Shown here: one piece after another, positions 22,901-36,300 of the stretch
Numbering within the stretch: position 1 is the first letter of the stretch
Layout of the letters: each line of letters starts with the position of its first letter
Assembly (NCBI GenBank): GCA_040954595.2
Contig: CM082584.2
Span: 1,350,281 to 1,414,280 of the forward strand
Reading direction: 5' to 3'
Origin: Balanoglossus misakiensis
Taxonomy: Eukaryota > Animalia > Hemichordata
Length of the DNA stretch: 64,000 nt
Position numbers and translations under genes: made by a program
The notes under the pieces: generated by a model
What the model saw: only the letters and a program-made list of their open reading frames with translations
Database searches by the model: none
What the model was told of the DNA's origin: nothing

Positions 22901-25300
22901 AAAATGGACGAAATTTTGAGCTTTTGCAAACTCGAAAATTTGTCATTTTTTGATTATTATCACCTATGATTTTTTTCAAAAATCGACAAAATGTTGAGAT
23001 TTTGCAAAGTCGAAAATTTGTCATTTTTTGATGATTTTCACCCATATTATTTTTCAAAAACCGACGAAATTTTGAGATTTTGCAAAGACGAAAATTTGTC
23101 ATTTTTTGATGATTTTCACCCATGATTTTTTCATAAATTGACGAAATTTTGAGATTTTGCAAAGTCGAAAATTTGTCATTTTTTGATGATTTTCACCCAT
23201 GATTTTTTTCAAAAATCGACGAAATGTTGAGATTTTGCAAAGTCGAAAATTTGTCATTGTTTGATGATTTTCACCCATGATTTTTTTCAAAAATCGACGA
23301 AATGTTGAGATTTTGCAAAGTCGAAAATTTGTCATTTTTTGATGATTTTCACCCATGATTTTTTTCAAAAATCGACGAAATGTTGAGATTTTGCAGTCGA
23401 AAATTTGTCATTTTTTGATGATTTTCAACCATATTATTTTTCAAAAACCGACGAAATTTTGAGATTTTGCATAGACGAAAATTTGTAATTTTTTGATGAT
23501 TTTCACCCATGATTTTTTGAAAAATTGACGAAATTTTGAGATTTTGCAAAGTCGAAAATTTGTCATTTTTTGATGATTTTCACCCAAGATTTTTTTCAAA
23601 AATCGACGAAATGTTGAGATTTTGCAAAGTCGAAAATTTGTAATTTTTTGATGATTTTCACCCATGATTTTTTTCAAAAATCGACGAAATTGTGAGATTT
23701 TGCAAAGTCGAAAATTTGTCATTTTTTGATGATTTTCCCCCATGTTTTTTTTTAAAATGGACGAAATTGTGAGATTTTGCAAAGTCAAAAATTTGTCATT
23801 TTTTGATGATTTTCACCCATGTTTTTTTTTAAAAAATCGACGAACCTATGATATTTTTCAAAATCGACGAAATTTTGAGATTTTGCAAAGTCGAAAATTT
23901 TGTCATTTTTTGATGATTTTCACCCATGATTTTTTCAAAAATTGACGAAATTGTGAGATTTTGCAAAGTCGAAAATTTGTCATTTTTTGATGATTTTCCC
24001 CCAATGGTTTTTTGCAAAATCGACGAAATTTTGAGATTTTGCAAAGTCGAAAATTTTGTCATTTTTTGATGATTTTCACCCATGATTTTTTCAAAAATTG
24101 ACGAAATTTTGAGATTTTGCAAAGTCGAAAATTTGTCATTTTTTGATGATTTTCACCCATGATTTTTTTCAAAAATCGACGAAATGTTGAGATTTTGCAA
24201 AGTCGAAAATTTGTCATTTTTTGATGATTTTCACCCATGATTTTTTTCAAAATCGACGAAATGTTGAGATTTTGCAAAGTCGAAAATTTGTCATTTTTTG
24301 ATGATTTTCTCCCATGATTTTTTTCAAAAATCGACGAAATTGTGAGATTTTGCAAAGTCGAAAATTTGTCATTTTTTGATGATTTTCACCCATGTTTTTT
24401 TTTTAAAAATCGACGAACCTATGATTTTTTTCAAAATCGACGAAATTTTGTGATTTTGCAAAGTCGAAAATTTGTCATTTTTTGATGATTTTCCCCCAAT
24501 GGTTTTTTTCAAAATCGACGAACTTTTGGGATTTTGCAAAGTCGAAAATTTGTCATTTTTTGATGATTTTCACCCATGATTTTTTTCAAAAATCGACGAA
24601 ATTGTGAGATTTTGCAAAATCGACGAAATTTTGAGATTTTGCAAAGTCGAAAATTTTGTCATTTTTTGATGATTTTCACCCATGATTTTTTCAAAAATTG
24701 ACGAAATTTTGAGATTTTGCAAAGTCGAAAATTTGTCATTTTTTGATGATTTTCACCCATGATTTTTTTCAAAAATCGACGAAATGTTGAGATTTTGCAA
24801 AGTCTAAAATTTGTCATTTTTTGATGATTTTCACCCATGATTTTTTTCAAAATCGACGAAATGTTGAGATTTTGCAAAGTCGAAAATTTGTCATTTTTTG
24901 ATGATTTTCTCCCATGATTTTTTTCAAAAATCGACGAAATTGTGAGATTTTGCAAAGTCGAAAATTTGTCATTTTTTGATGATTTTCACCCATGTTTTTT
25001 TTTTTAAAAATCGACGAACCTATGATTTTTTTCAAAATTGACGAAATTGTGAGATTTTGCAAAGTCGAAAATTTGTCATTTTTTGATGATTTTCCCCCAA
25101 TGGTTTTTTGCAAAATCGACGAAATTTTGAGATTTTGCAAAGTCGAAAATTTTGTCATTTTTTGATGATTTTCACCCATGATTTTTTCAAAAATTGACGA
25201 AATTTTGAGATTTTGCAAAGTCGAAAATTTGTCATTTTTTGATGATTTTCACCCATGATTTTTTTCAAAAATCGACGAAATGTTGAGATTTTGCAAAGTC
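19930..25300. repeat. Tandem duplication, 2600-bp period
   Basis: Marker offsets 19955/22555, 20281/22881, 21229/23829 and 22247/24847. Confidence 0.85.
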
Positions 25301-28300
25301 GAAAATTTGTCATTTTTTGATGATTTTCACCCATGATTTTTTTCAAAATCGACGAAATGTTGAGATTTTGCAAAGTCGAAAATTTGTCATTTTTTGATGA
25401 TTTTCTCCCATGATTTTTTTCAAAAATCGACGAAATTGTGAGATTTTGCAAAGTCGAAAATTTGTCATTTTTTGATGATTTTCACCCATGTTTTTTTTTT
25501 AAAAATCGACGAACCTATGATTTTTTTCAAAATCGACGAAATTTTGTGATTTTGCAAAGTCGAAAATTTGTCATTTTTTGATGATTTTCCCCCAATGGTT
25601 TTTTTCAAAATCGACGAACTTTTGGGATTTTGCAAAGTCGAAAATTTGTCATTTTTTGATGATTTTCACCCATGATTTTTTTCAAAAATCGACGAAATTG
25701 TGAGATTTTGCAAAATCGACGAAATTTTGAGATTTTGCAAAGTCGAAAATTTTGTCATTTTTTGATGATTTTCACCCATGATTTTTTCAAAAATTGACGA
25801 AATTTTGAGATTTTGCAAAGTCGAAAATTTGTCATTTTTTGATGATTTTCACCCATGATTTTTTTCAAAAATCGACGAAATGTTGAGATTTTGCAAAGTC
25901 TAAAATTTGTCATTTTTTGATGATTTTCACCCATGATTTTTTTCAAAATCGACGAAATGTTGAGATTTTGCAAAGTCGAAAATTTGTCATTTTTTGATGA
26001 TTTTCTCCCATGATTTTTTTCAAAAATCGACGAAATTGTGAGATTTTGCAAAGTCGAAAATTTGTCATTTTTTGATGATTTTCCCCCATGTTTTTTTTTT
26101 TAAAATGGACGAAATTTTGAGATTTTGCAAAGTCGAAAATTTGTCATTTTTTGATGATTTTCACCTATAATTTTTTTCAAAAATCGACGAAATTGTGAGA
26201 TTTTGCAAAGTCAAAAATTTGTCATTTTTTGATGATTTTCACCCATGTTTTTTTTTTAAAAATCGACGAACCTATGATTTTTTTCAAAATCGACGAAATT
26301 TTGAGATTTTGCAAAGTCGAAAATTTTGTCATTTTTTGATGATTTTCACCCATGATTTTTTCAAAAATTGACGAAATTTTGAGATTTTGCAAAGTCGAAA
26401 ATTTGTCATTTTTTGATGATTTTCACCCATGATTTTTTTCAAAAATCGACGAAATGTTGAGATTTTGCAAAGTCGAAAATTTGTATTTTTTGATGATTTT
26501 CACCCATGATTTTTTTCAAAAATTGACGAAATTTCGAGATTTTGCAAAGTCGAAAATTTGTCATTTTTTGATGATTTTCACCCATGATTTTTTTCAAAAA
26601 TTGACGAAATTTCGAGATTTTGCAAAGTCGAAAATTTGTCATTTTTTGATGATTTTCACCCATGATTTTTTTTCAAAAATCGACGAAATGTTGAGATTTT
26701 GCAAAGTCGAAAATTTGTAATTTTTTGATGATTTTCACCCATGATTTTTTTCAAAAATCGATTAAATTGTGAGATTTTGCAAAGTCGAAAATTTGTCATT
26801 TTTTGATGATTTTCTCCCATGATTTTTTTCAAAAATCGACGAAATTGTGAGATTTTGCAAAGTCGAAAATTTGTCATTTTTTGATGATTTTCACCCATGT
26901 TTTTTTTTAAAAAATCGACGAACCTATAATTTTTTTCAAAATCGACGAAATTTTGTGATTTTACAAAGTCGAAAATTTTGTCATTTTTTGATGATTTTCA
27001 CCCATGATTTTTTTTCAAAAATCGACGAAATTTTGAGATTTTGCATAGACGAAAATTTGTCATTTTTTTATGATTTTCACCCATGATTTTTTCAAAAATT
27101 GACGAAATTTTGAGATTTTGCAAAGTCGAAAATTTGTCATTTTTTGATGATTTTCACCCATGATTTTTTTCAAAAATCGACGAAATGTTGAGATTTTGCA
27201 AAGTCGAAAATTTGTAATTTTTTGATGATTTTCACCCATGATTTTTTTCAAAAATCGACGAAATTTTGAGATTTTGCAAAGTCGATAATTTGTCATTTTT
27301 GATGATTTTCCCCCAATGGTTTTTTTCAAAATCGACGAAATTTTGAGATTTTGCAAAGTCGAAAATTTGTCATTTTTTGATGATTTTCCCCCATGTTTTT
27401 TTTTTTTTAAATGGACGAAATTTTGAGATTTTGCAAAGTCGAAAATTTGTCATTTTTTGATGATTTTCACCTATAATTTTTTTCAAAAATCGACGAAATT
27501 GTGAGATTTTGCAAAGTCAAAAATTTGTCATTTTTTGATGATTTTCACCCATGTTTTTTTTTTAAAAATCGACGAACCTATGATTTTTTTCAAAATCGAC
27601 GAAATTTTGAGATTTTGCAAAGTCGAAAATTTTGTCATTTTTTGATGATTTTCACCCATGATTTTTTCAAAAATTGACGAAATTTTGAGATTTTGCAAAG
27701 TCGAAAATTTGTCATTTTTTGATGATTTTCACCCATGATTTTTTTCAAAAATCGACGAAATGTTGAGATTTTGCAAAGTCGAAAATTTGTCATTTTTTGA
27801 TGATTTTCACCCATGATTTTTTTCAAAAATTGACGAAATTTCGAGATTTTGCAAAGTCGAAAATTTGTCATTTTTTGATGATTTTCACCCATGATTTTTT
27901 TTCAAAAATCGACGAAATGTTGAGATTTTGCAAAGTCGAAAATTTGTAATTTTTTGATGATTTTCACCCATGATTTTTTTCAAAAATCGACGAAATTGTG
28001 AGATTTTGCAAAGTCGAAAATTTGTCATTTTTTGATGATTTTCTCCCATGATTTTTTTCAAAAATCGACGAAATTGTGAGATTTTGCAAAGTCGAAAATT
28101 TGTCATTTTTTGATGATTTTCACCCATGTTTTTTTTTAAAAAATCGACGAACCTATGATTTTTTTCAAAATCGACGAAATTTTGTGATTTTACAAAGTCG
28201 AAAATTTTGTCATTTTTTGATGATTTTCACCCATGATTTTTTTTCAAAAATCGACGAAATTTTGAGATTTTGCATAGACGAAAATTTGTCATTTTTTTAT

Positions 28301-31300
28301 GATTTTCACCCATGATTTTTTCAAAAATTGACGAAATTTTGAGATTTTGCAAAGTCGAAAATTTGTCATTTTTTGATGATTTTCACCCATGATTTTTTTC
28401 AAAAATCGACGAAATGTTGAGATTTTGCAAAGTCGAAAATTTGTAATTTTTTGATGATTTTCACCCATGATTTTTTTCAAAAATCGACGAAATTTTGAGA
28501 TTTTGCAAAGTCGATAATTTGTCATTTTTGATGATTTTCCCCCAATGGTTTTTTTCAAAATCGACGAAATTTTGAGATTTTGCAAAGTCGAAAATTTGTC
28601 ATTTTTTGATGATTTTCCCCCATGTTTTTTTTTTTTTAAATGGACGAAATTTTGAGATTTTGCAAAGTCGAAAATTTGTCATTTTTTGATGATTTTCACC
28701 TATAATTTTTTTCAAAAATCGACGAAATTGTGAGATTTTGCAAAGTCAAAAATTTGTCATTTTTTGATGATTTTCACCCATGTTTTTTTTTTTAAAATCG
28801 ACGAACCTATGATTTTTTTCAAAATTGACGAAATTGTGAGATTTTGCAAAGTCGAAAATTTGTCATTTTTTGATGATTTTCCCCCAATGGTTTTTTGCAA
28901 AATCGACGAAATTTTGAGATTTTGCAAAGTCGAAAATTTTGTCATTTTTTGATGATTTTCACCCATGATTTTTTCAAAAATTGACGAAATTTTGAGATTT
29001 TGCAAAGTCGAAAATTTGTCATTTTTTGATGATTTTCACCCATGATTTTTTTCAAAAATCGACGAAATGTTGAGATTTTGCAAAGTCGAAAATTTGTCAT
29101 TTTTTGATGATTTTCACCCATGATTTTTTTCAAAATCGACGAAATGTTGAGATTTTGCAAAGTCGAAAATTTGTCATTTTTTGATGATTTTCTCCCATGA
29201 TTTTTTTCAAAAATCGACGAAATTGTGAGATTTTGCAAAGTCGAAAATTTGTCATTTTTTGATGATTTTCACCCATGTTTTTTTTTTAAAAATCGACGAA
29301 CCTATGATTTTTTTCAAAATCGACGAAATTTTGTGATTTTGCAAAGTCGAAAATTTGTCATTTTTTGATGATTTTCCCCCAATGGTTTTTTTCAAAATCG
29401 ACGAACTTTTGGGATTTTGCAAAGTCGAAAATTTGTCATTTTTTGATGATTTTCACCCATGATTTTTTTCAAAAATCGACGAAATTGTGAGATTTTGCAA
29501 AATCGACGAAATTTTGAGATTTTGCAAAGTCGAAAATTTTGTCATTTTTTGATGATTTTCACCCATGATTTTTTCAAAAATTGACGAAATTTTGAGATTT
29601 TGCAAAGTCGAAAATTTGTCATTTTTTGATGATTTTCACCCATGATTTTTTTCAAAAATCGACGAAATGTTGAGATTTTGCAAAGTCTAAAATTTGTCAT
29701 TTTTTGATGATTTTCACCCATGATTTTTTTCAAAATCGACGAAATGTTGAGATTTTGCAAAGTCGAAAATTTGTCATTTTTTGATGATTTTCTCCCATGA
29801 TTTTTTTCAAAAATCGACGAAATTGTGAGATTTTGCAAAGTCGAAAATTTGTCATTTTTTGATGATTTTCCCCCATGTTTTTTTTTTTAAAATGGACGAA
29901 ATTTTGAGATTTTGCAAAGTCGAAAATTTGTCATTTTTTGATGATTTTCACCTATAATTTTTTTCAAAAATCGACGAAATTGTGAGATTTTGCAAAGTCA
30001 AAAATTTGTCATTTTTTGATGATTTTCACCCATGTTTTTTTTTTAAAAATCGACGAACCTATGATTTTTTTCAAAATCGACGAAATTTTGAGATTTTGCA
30101 AAGTCGAAAATTTTGTCATTTTTTGATGATTTTCACCCATGATTTTTTCAAAAATTGACGAAATTTTGAGATTTTGCAAAGTCGAAAATTTGTCATTTTT
30201 TGATGATTTTCACCCATGATTTTTTTCAAAAATCGACGAAATGTTGAGATTTTGCAAAGTCGAAAATTTGTCATTTTTTGATGATTTTCACCCATGATTT
30301 TTTTCAAAAATTGACGAAATTTCGAGATTTTGCAAAGTCGAAAATTTGTCATTTTTTGATGATTTTCACCCATGATTTTTTTTCAAAAATCGACGAAATG
30401 TTGAGATTTTGCAAAGTCGAAAATTTGTAATTTTTTGATGATTTTCACCCATGATTTTTTTCAAAAATCGACGAAATTGTGAGATTTTGCAAAGTCGAAA
30501 ATTTGTCATTTTTTGATGATTTTCTCCCATGATTTTTTTCAAAAATCGACGAAATTGTGAGATTTTGCAAAGTCGAAAATTTGTCATTTTTTGATGATTT
30601 TCACCCATGTTTTTTTTTAAAAAATCGACGAACCTATGATTTTTTTCAAAATCGACGAAATTTTGTGATTTTACAAAGTCGAAAATTTTGTCATTTTTTG
30701 ATGATTTTCACCCATGATTTTTTTTCAAAAATCGACGAAATTTTGAGATTTTGCATAGACGAAAATTTGTCATTTTTTTATGATTTTCACCCATGATTTT
30801 TTCAAAAATTGACGAAATTTTGAGATTTTGCAAAGTCGAAAATTTGTCATTTTTTGATGATTTTCACCCATGATTTTTTTCAAAAATCGACGAAATGTTG
30901 AGATTTTGCAAAGTCGAAAATTTGTAATTTTTTGATGATTTTTACCCATGATTTTTTTCAAAAATCGACGAAATTGTGAGATTTTGCAAAGTCGATAATT
31001 TGTCATTTTTGATGATTTTCCCCCAATGGTTTTTTTCAAAATCGACGAAATTTTGAGATTTTGCAAAGTCGAAAATTTGTCATTTTTTGATGATTTTCCC
31101 CCATGTTTTTTTTTTTAAAATGGACGAAATTTTGAGATTTTGCAAAGTCGAAAATTTGTCATTTTTTGATGATTTTCACCTATAATTTTTTTCAAAAATC
31201 GACGAAATTGTGAGATTTTGCAAAGTCAAAAATTTGTCATTTTTTGATGATTTTCACCCATGTTTTTTTTTTTAAAATCGACGAACCTATGATTTTTTTC

Positions 31301-33329
31301 AAAATTGACGAAATTGTGAGATTTTGCAAAGTCGAAAATTTGTCATTTTTTGATGATTTTCCCCCAATGGTTTTTTGCAAAATCGACGAAATTTTGAGAT
31401 TTTGCAAAGTCGAAAATTTTGTCATTTTTTGATGATTTTCACCCATGATTTTTTCAAAAATTGACGAAATTTTGAGATTTTGCAAAGTCGAAAATTTGTC
31501 ATTTTTTGATGATTTTCACCCATGATTTTTTTCAAAAATCGACGAAATGTTGAGATTTTGCAAAGTCGAAAATTTGTCATTTTTTGATGATTTTCACCCA
31601 TGATTTTTTTCAAAATCGACGAAATGTTGAGATTTTGCAAAGTCGAAAATTTGTCATTTTTTGATGATTTTCTCCCATGATTTTTTTCAAAAATCGACGA
31701 AATTGTGAGATTTTGCAAAGTCGAAAATTTGTCATTTTTTGATGATTTTCACCCATGTTTTTTTTTTAAAAATCGACGAACCTATGATTTTTTTCAAAAT
31801 CGACGAAATTTTGTGATTTTGCAAAGTCGAAAATTTGTCATTTTTTGATGATTTTCCCCCAATGGTTTTTTTCAAAATCGACGAACTTTTGGGATTTTGC
31901 AAAGTCGAAAATTTGTCATTTTTTGATGATTTTCACCCATGATTTTTTTCAAAAATCGACGAAATTGTGAGATTTTGCAAAATCGACGAAATTTTGAGAT
32001 TTTGCAAAGTCGAAAATTTTGTCATTTTTTGATGATTTTCACCCATGATTTTTTCAAAAATTGACGAAATTTTGAGATTTTGCAAAGTCGAAAATTTGTC
32101 ATTTTTTGATGATTTTCACCCATGATTTTTTTCAAAAATCGACGAAATGTTGAGATTTTGCAAAGTCTAAAATTTGTCATTTTTTGATGATTTTCACCCA
32201 TGATTTTTTTCAAAATCGACGAAATGTTGAGATTTTGCAAAGTCGAAAATTTGTCATTTTTTGATGATTTTCTCCCATGATTTTTTTCAAAAATCGACGA
32301 AATTGTGAGATTTTGCAAAGTCGAAAATTTGTCATTTTTTGATGATTTTCCCCCATGTTTTTTTTTTTAAAATGGACGAAATTTTGAGATTTTGCAAAGT
32401 CGAAAATTTGTCATTTTTTGATGATTTTCACCTATAATTTTTTTCAAAAATCGACGAAATTGTGAGATTTTGCAAAGTCAAAAATTTGTCATTTTTTGAT
32501 GATTTTCACCCATGTTTTTTTTTTAAAAATCGACGAACCTATGATTTTTTTCAAAATCGACGAAATTTTGAGATTTTGCAAAGTCGAAAATTTTGTCATT
32601 TTTTGATGATTTTCACCCATGATTTTTTCAAAAATTGACGAAATTTTGAGATTTTGCAAAGTCGAAAATTTGTCATTTTTTGATGATTTTCACCCATGAT
32701 TTTTTTCAAAAATCGACGAAATGTTGAGATTTTGCAAAGTCGAAAATTTGTATTTTTTGATGATTTTCACCCATGATTTTTTTCAAAAATTGACGAAATT
32801 TCGAGATTTTGCAAAGTCGAAAATTTGTCATTTTTTGATGATTTTCACCCATGATTTTTTTCAAAAAATTGACGAAATTTCGAGATTTTGCAAAGTCGAA
32901 AATTTGTCATTTTTTGATGATTTTCACCCATGATTTTTTTTCAAAAATCGACGAAATGTTGAGATTTTGCAAAGTCGAAAATTTGTAATTTTTTGATGAT
33001 TTTCACCCATGATTTTTTTCAAAAATCGATTAAATTGTGAGATTTTGCAAAGTCGAAAATTTGTCATTTTTTGATGATTTTCTCCCATGATTTTTTTCAA
33101 AAATCGACGAAATTGTGAGATTTTGCAAAGTCGAAAATTTGTCATTTTTTGATGATTTTCACCCATGTTTTTTTTTAAAAAATCGACGAACCTATAATTT
33201 TTTTCAAAATCGACGAAATTTTGTGATTTTACAAAGTCGAAAATTTTGTCATTTTTTGATGATTTTCACCCATGATTTTTTTTCAAAAATCGACGAAATT
33301 TTGAGATTTTGCATAGACGAAAATTTGTC

Positions 33330-36300
33330 ATTTTTTTATGATTTTCACCCATGATTTTTTCAAAAATTGACGAAATTTTGAGATTTTGCAAAGTCGAAAA
33401 TTTGTCATTTTTTGATGATTTTCACCCATGATTTTTTTCAAAAATCGACGAAATGTTGAGATTTTGCAAAGTCGAAAATTTGTAATTTTTTGATGATTTT
33501 CACCCATGATTTTTTTCAAAAATCGACGAAATTGTGAGATTTTGCAAAGTTGATAATTTGTCATTTTTGATGATTTTCCCCCAATGGTTTTTTTCAAAAT
33601 CGACGAAATTTTGAGATTTTGCAAAGTCGAAAATTTGTCATTTTTTGATTATTTTCCCCCATGTTTTTTTTTTTTAAAATGGACGAAATTTTGAGATTTT
33701 GCAAAGTCGAAAATTTGTCATTTTTTGATGATTTTCACCTATAATTTTTTTCAAAAATCGACGAAATTGTGAGATTTTGCAAAGTCAAAAATTTGTCATT
33801 TTTTGATGATTTTCACCCATGTTTTTTTTTTAAAAATCGACGAACCTATGATTTTTTTCAAAATCGACGAAATTTTGAGATTTTGCAAAGTCGAAAATTT
33901 TGTCATTTTTTGATGATTTTCACCCATGATTTTTTCAAAAATTGACGAAATTTTGAGATTTTGCAAAGTCGAAAATTTGTCATTTTTTGATGATTTTCAC
34001 CCATGATTTTTTTCAAAAATCGACGAAATGTTGAGATTTTGCAAAGTCGAAAATTTGTCATTTTTTGATGATTTTCACCCATGATTTTTTTCAAAAATTG
34101 ACGAAATTTCGAGATTTTGCAAAGTCGAAAATTTGTCATTTTTTGATGATTTTCACCCATGATTTTTTTTCAAAAATCGACGAAATGTTGAGATTTTGCA
34201 AAGTCGAAAATTTGTAATTTTTTGATGATTTTCACCCATGATTTTTTTCAAAAATCGACGAAATTGTGAGATTTTGCAAAGTCGAAAATTTGTCATTTTT
34301 TGATGATTTTCTCCCATGATTTTTTTCAAAAATCGACGAAATTGTGAGATTTTGCAAAGTCGAAAATTTGTCATTTTTTGATGATTTTCACCCATGTTTT
34401 TTTTTAAAAAATCGACGAACCTATGATTTTTTTCAAAATCGACGAAATTTTGTGATTTTACAAAGTCGAAAATTTTGTCATTTTTTGATGATTTTCACCC
34501 ATGATTTTTTTTCAAAAATCGACGAAATTTTGAGATTTTGCATAGACGAAAATTTGTCATTTTTTTATGATTTTCACCCATGATTTTTTCAAAAATTGAC
34601 GAAATTTTGAGATTTTGCAAAGTCGAAAATTTGTCATTTTTTGATGATTTTCACCCATGATTTTTTTCAAAAATCGACGAAATGTTGAGATTTTGCAAAG
34701 TCGAAAATTTGTAATTTTTTGATGATTTTTACCCATGATTTTTTTCAAAAATCGACGAAATTGTGAGATTTTGCAAAGTCGATAATTTGTCATTTTTGAT
34801 GATTTTCCCCCAATGGTTTTTTTCAAAATCGACGAAATTTTGAGATTTTGCAAAGTCGAAAATTTGTCATTTTTTGATGATTTTCCCCCATGTTTTTTTT
34901 TTTAAAATGGACGAAATTTTGAGATTTTGCAAAGTCGAAAATTTGTCATTTTTTGATGATTTTCACCTATAATTTTTTTCAAAAATCGACGAAATTGTGA
35001 GATTTTGCAAAGTCAAAAATTTGTCATTTTTTGATGATTTTCACCCATGTTTTTTTTTTTAAAATCGACGAACCTATGATTTTTTTCAAAATCGACGAAA
35101 TTTTGAGATTTTGCAAAGTCGAAAATTTTGTCATTTTTTGATGATTTTCACCCATGATTTTTTCAAAAATTGACGAAATGTTGAGATTTTGCAAAGTCGA
35201 AAATTTGTAATTTTTTGATGATTTTCACCCATGATTTTTTTCAAAAATCGACGAAATTGTGAGATTTTGCAAAGTCGATAATTTGTCATTTTTGATGATT
35301 TTCCCCCAATGGTTTTTTTCAAAATCGACGAAATTTTGAGATTTTGCAAAGTCGAAAATTTGTCATTTTTTGATTATTTTCCCCCATGTTTTTTTTTTTT
35401 TAAATGGACGAAATTTTGAGATTTTGCAAAGTCGAAAATTTGTCATTTTTTGATGATTTTCACCTATAATTTTTTTCAAAAATCGACGAAATTGTGAGAT
35501 TTTGCAAAGTCAAAAATTTGTCATTTTTTGATGATTTTCACCCATGTTTTTTTTTTAAAAATCGACGAACCTATGATTTTTTTCAAAATCGACGAAATTT
35601 TGAGATTTTGCAAAGTCGAAAATTTTGTCATTTTTTGATGATTTTCACCCATGATTTTTTCAAAAATTGACGAAATTTTGAGATTTTGCAAAGTCGAAAA
35701 TTTGTCATTTTTTGATGATTTTCACCCATGATTTTTTTCAAAAATCGACGAAATGTTGAGATTTTGCAAAGTCGAAAATTTGTCATTTTTTGATGATTTT
35801 CACCCATGATTTTTTTCAAAAATTGACGAAATTTCGAGATTTTGCAAAGTCGAAAATTTGTCATTTTTTGATGATTTTCACCCATGATTTTTTTTCAAAA
35901 ATCGACGAAATGTTGAGATTTTGCAAAGTCGAAAATTTGTAATTTTTTGATGATTTTCACCCATGATTTTTTTCAAAAATCGACGAAATTGTGAGATTTT
36001 GCAAAGTCGAAAATTTGTCATTTTTTGATGATTTTCTCCCATGATTTTTTTCAAAAATCGACGAAATTGTGAGATTTTGCAAAGTCGAAAATTTGTCATT
36101 TTTTGATGATTTTCACCCATGTTTTTTTTTAAAAAATCGACGAACCTATGATTTTTTTCAAAATCGACGAAATTTTGTGATTTTACAAAGTCGAAAATTT
36201 TGTCATTTTTTGATGATTTTCACCCATGATTTTTTTTCAAAAATCGACGAAATTTTGAGATTTTGCATAGACGAAAATTTGTCATTTTTTTATGATTTTC

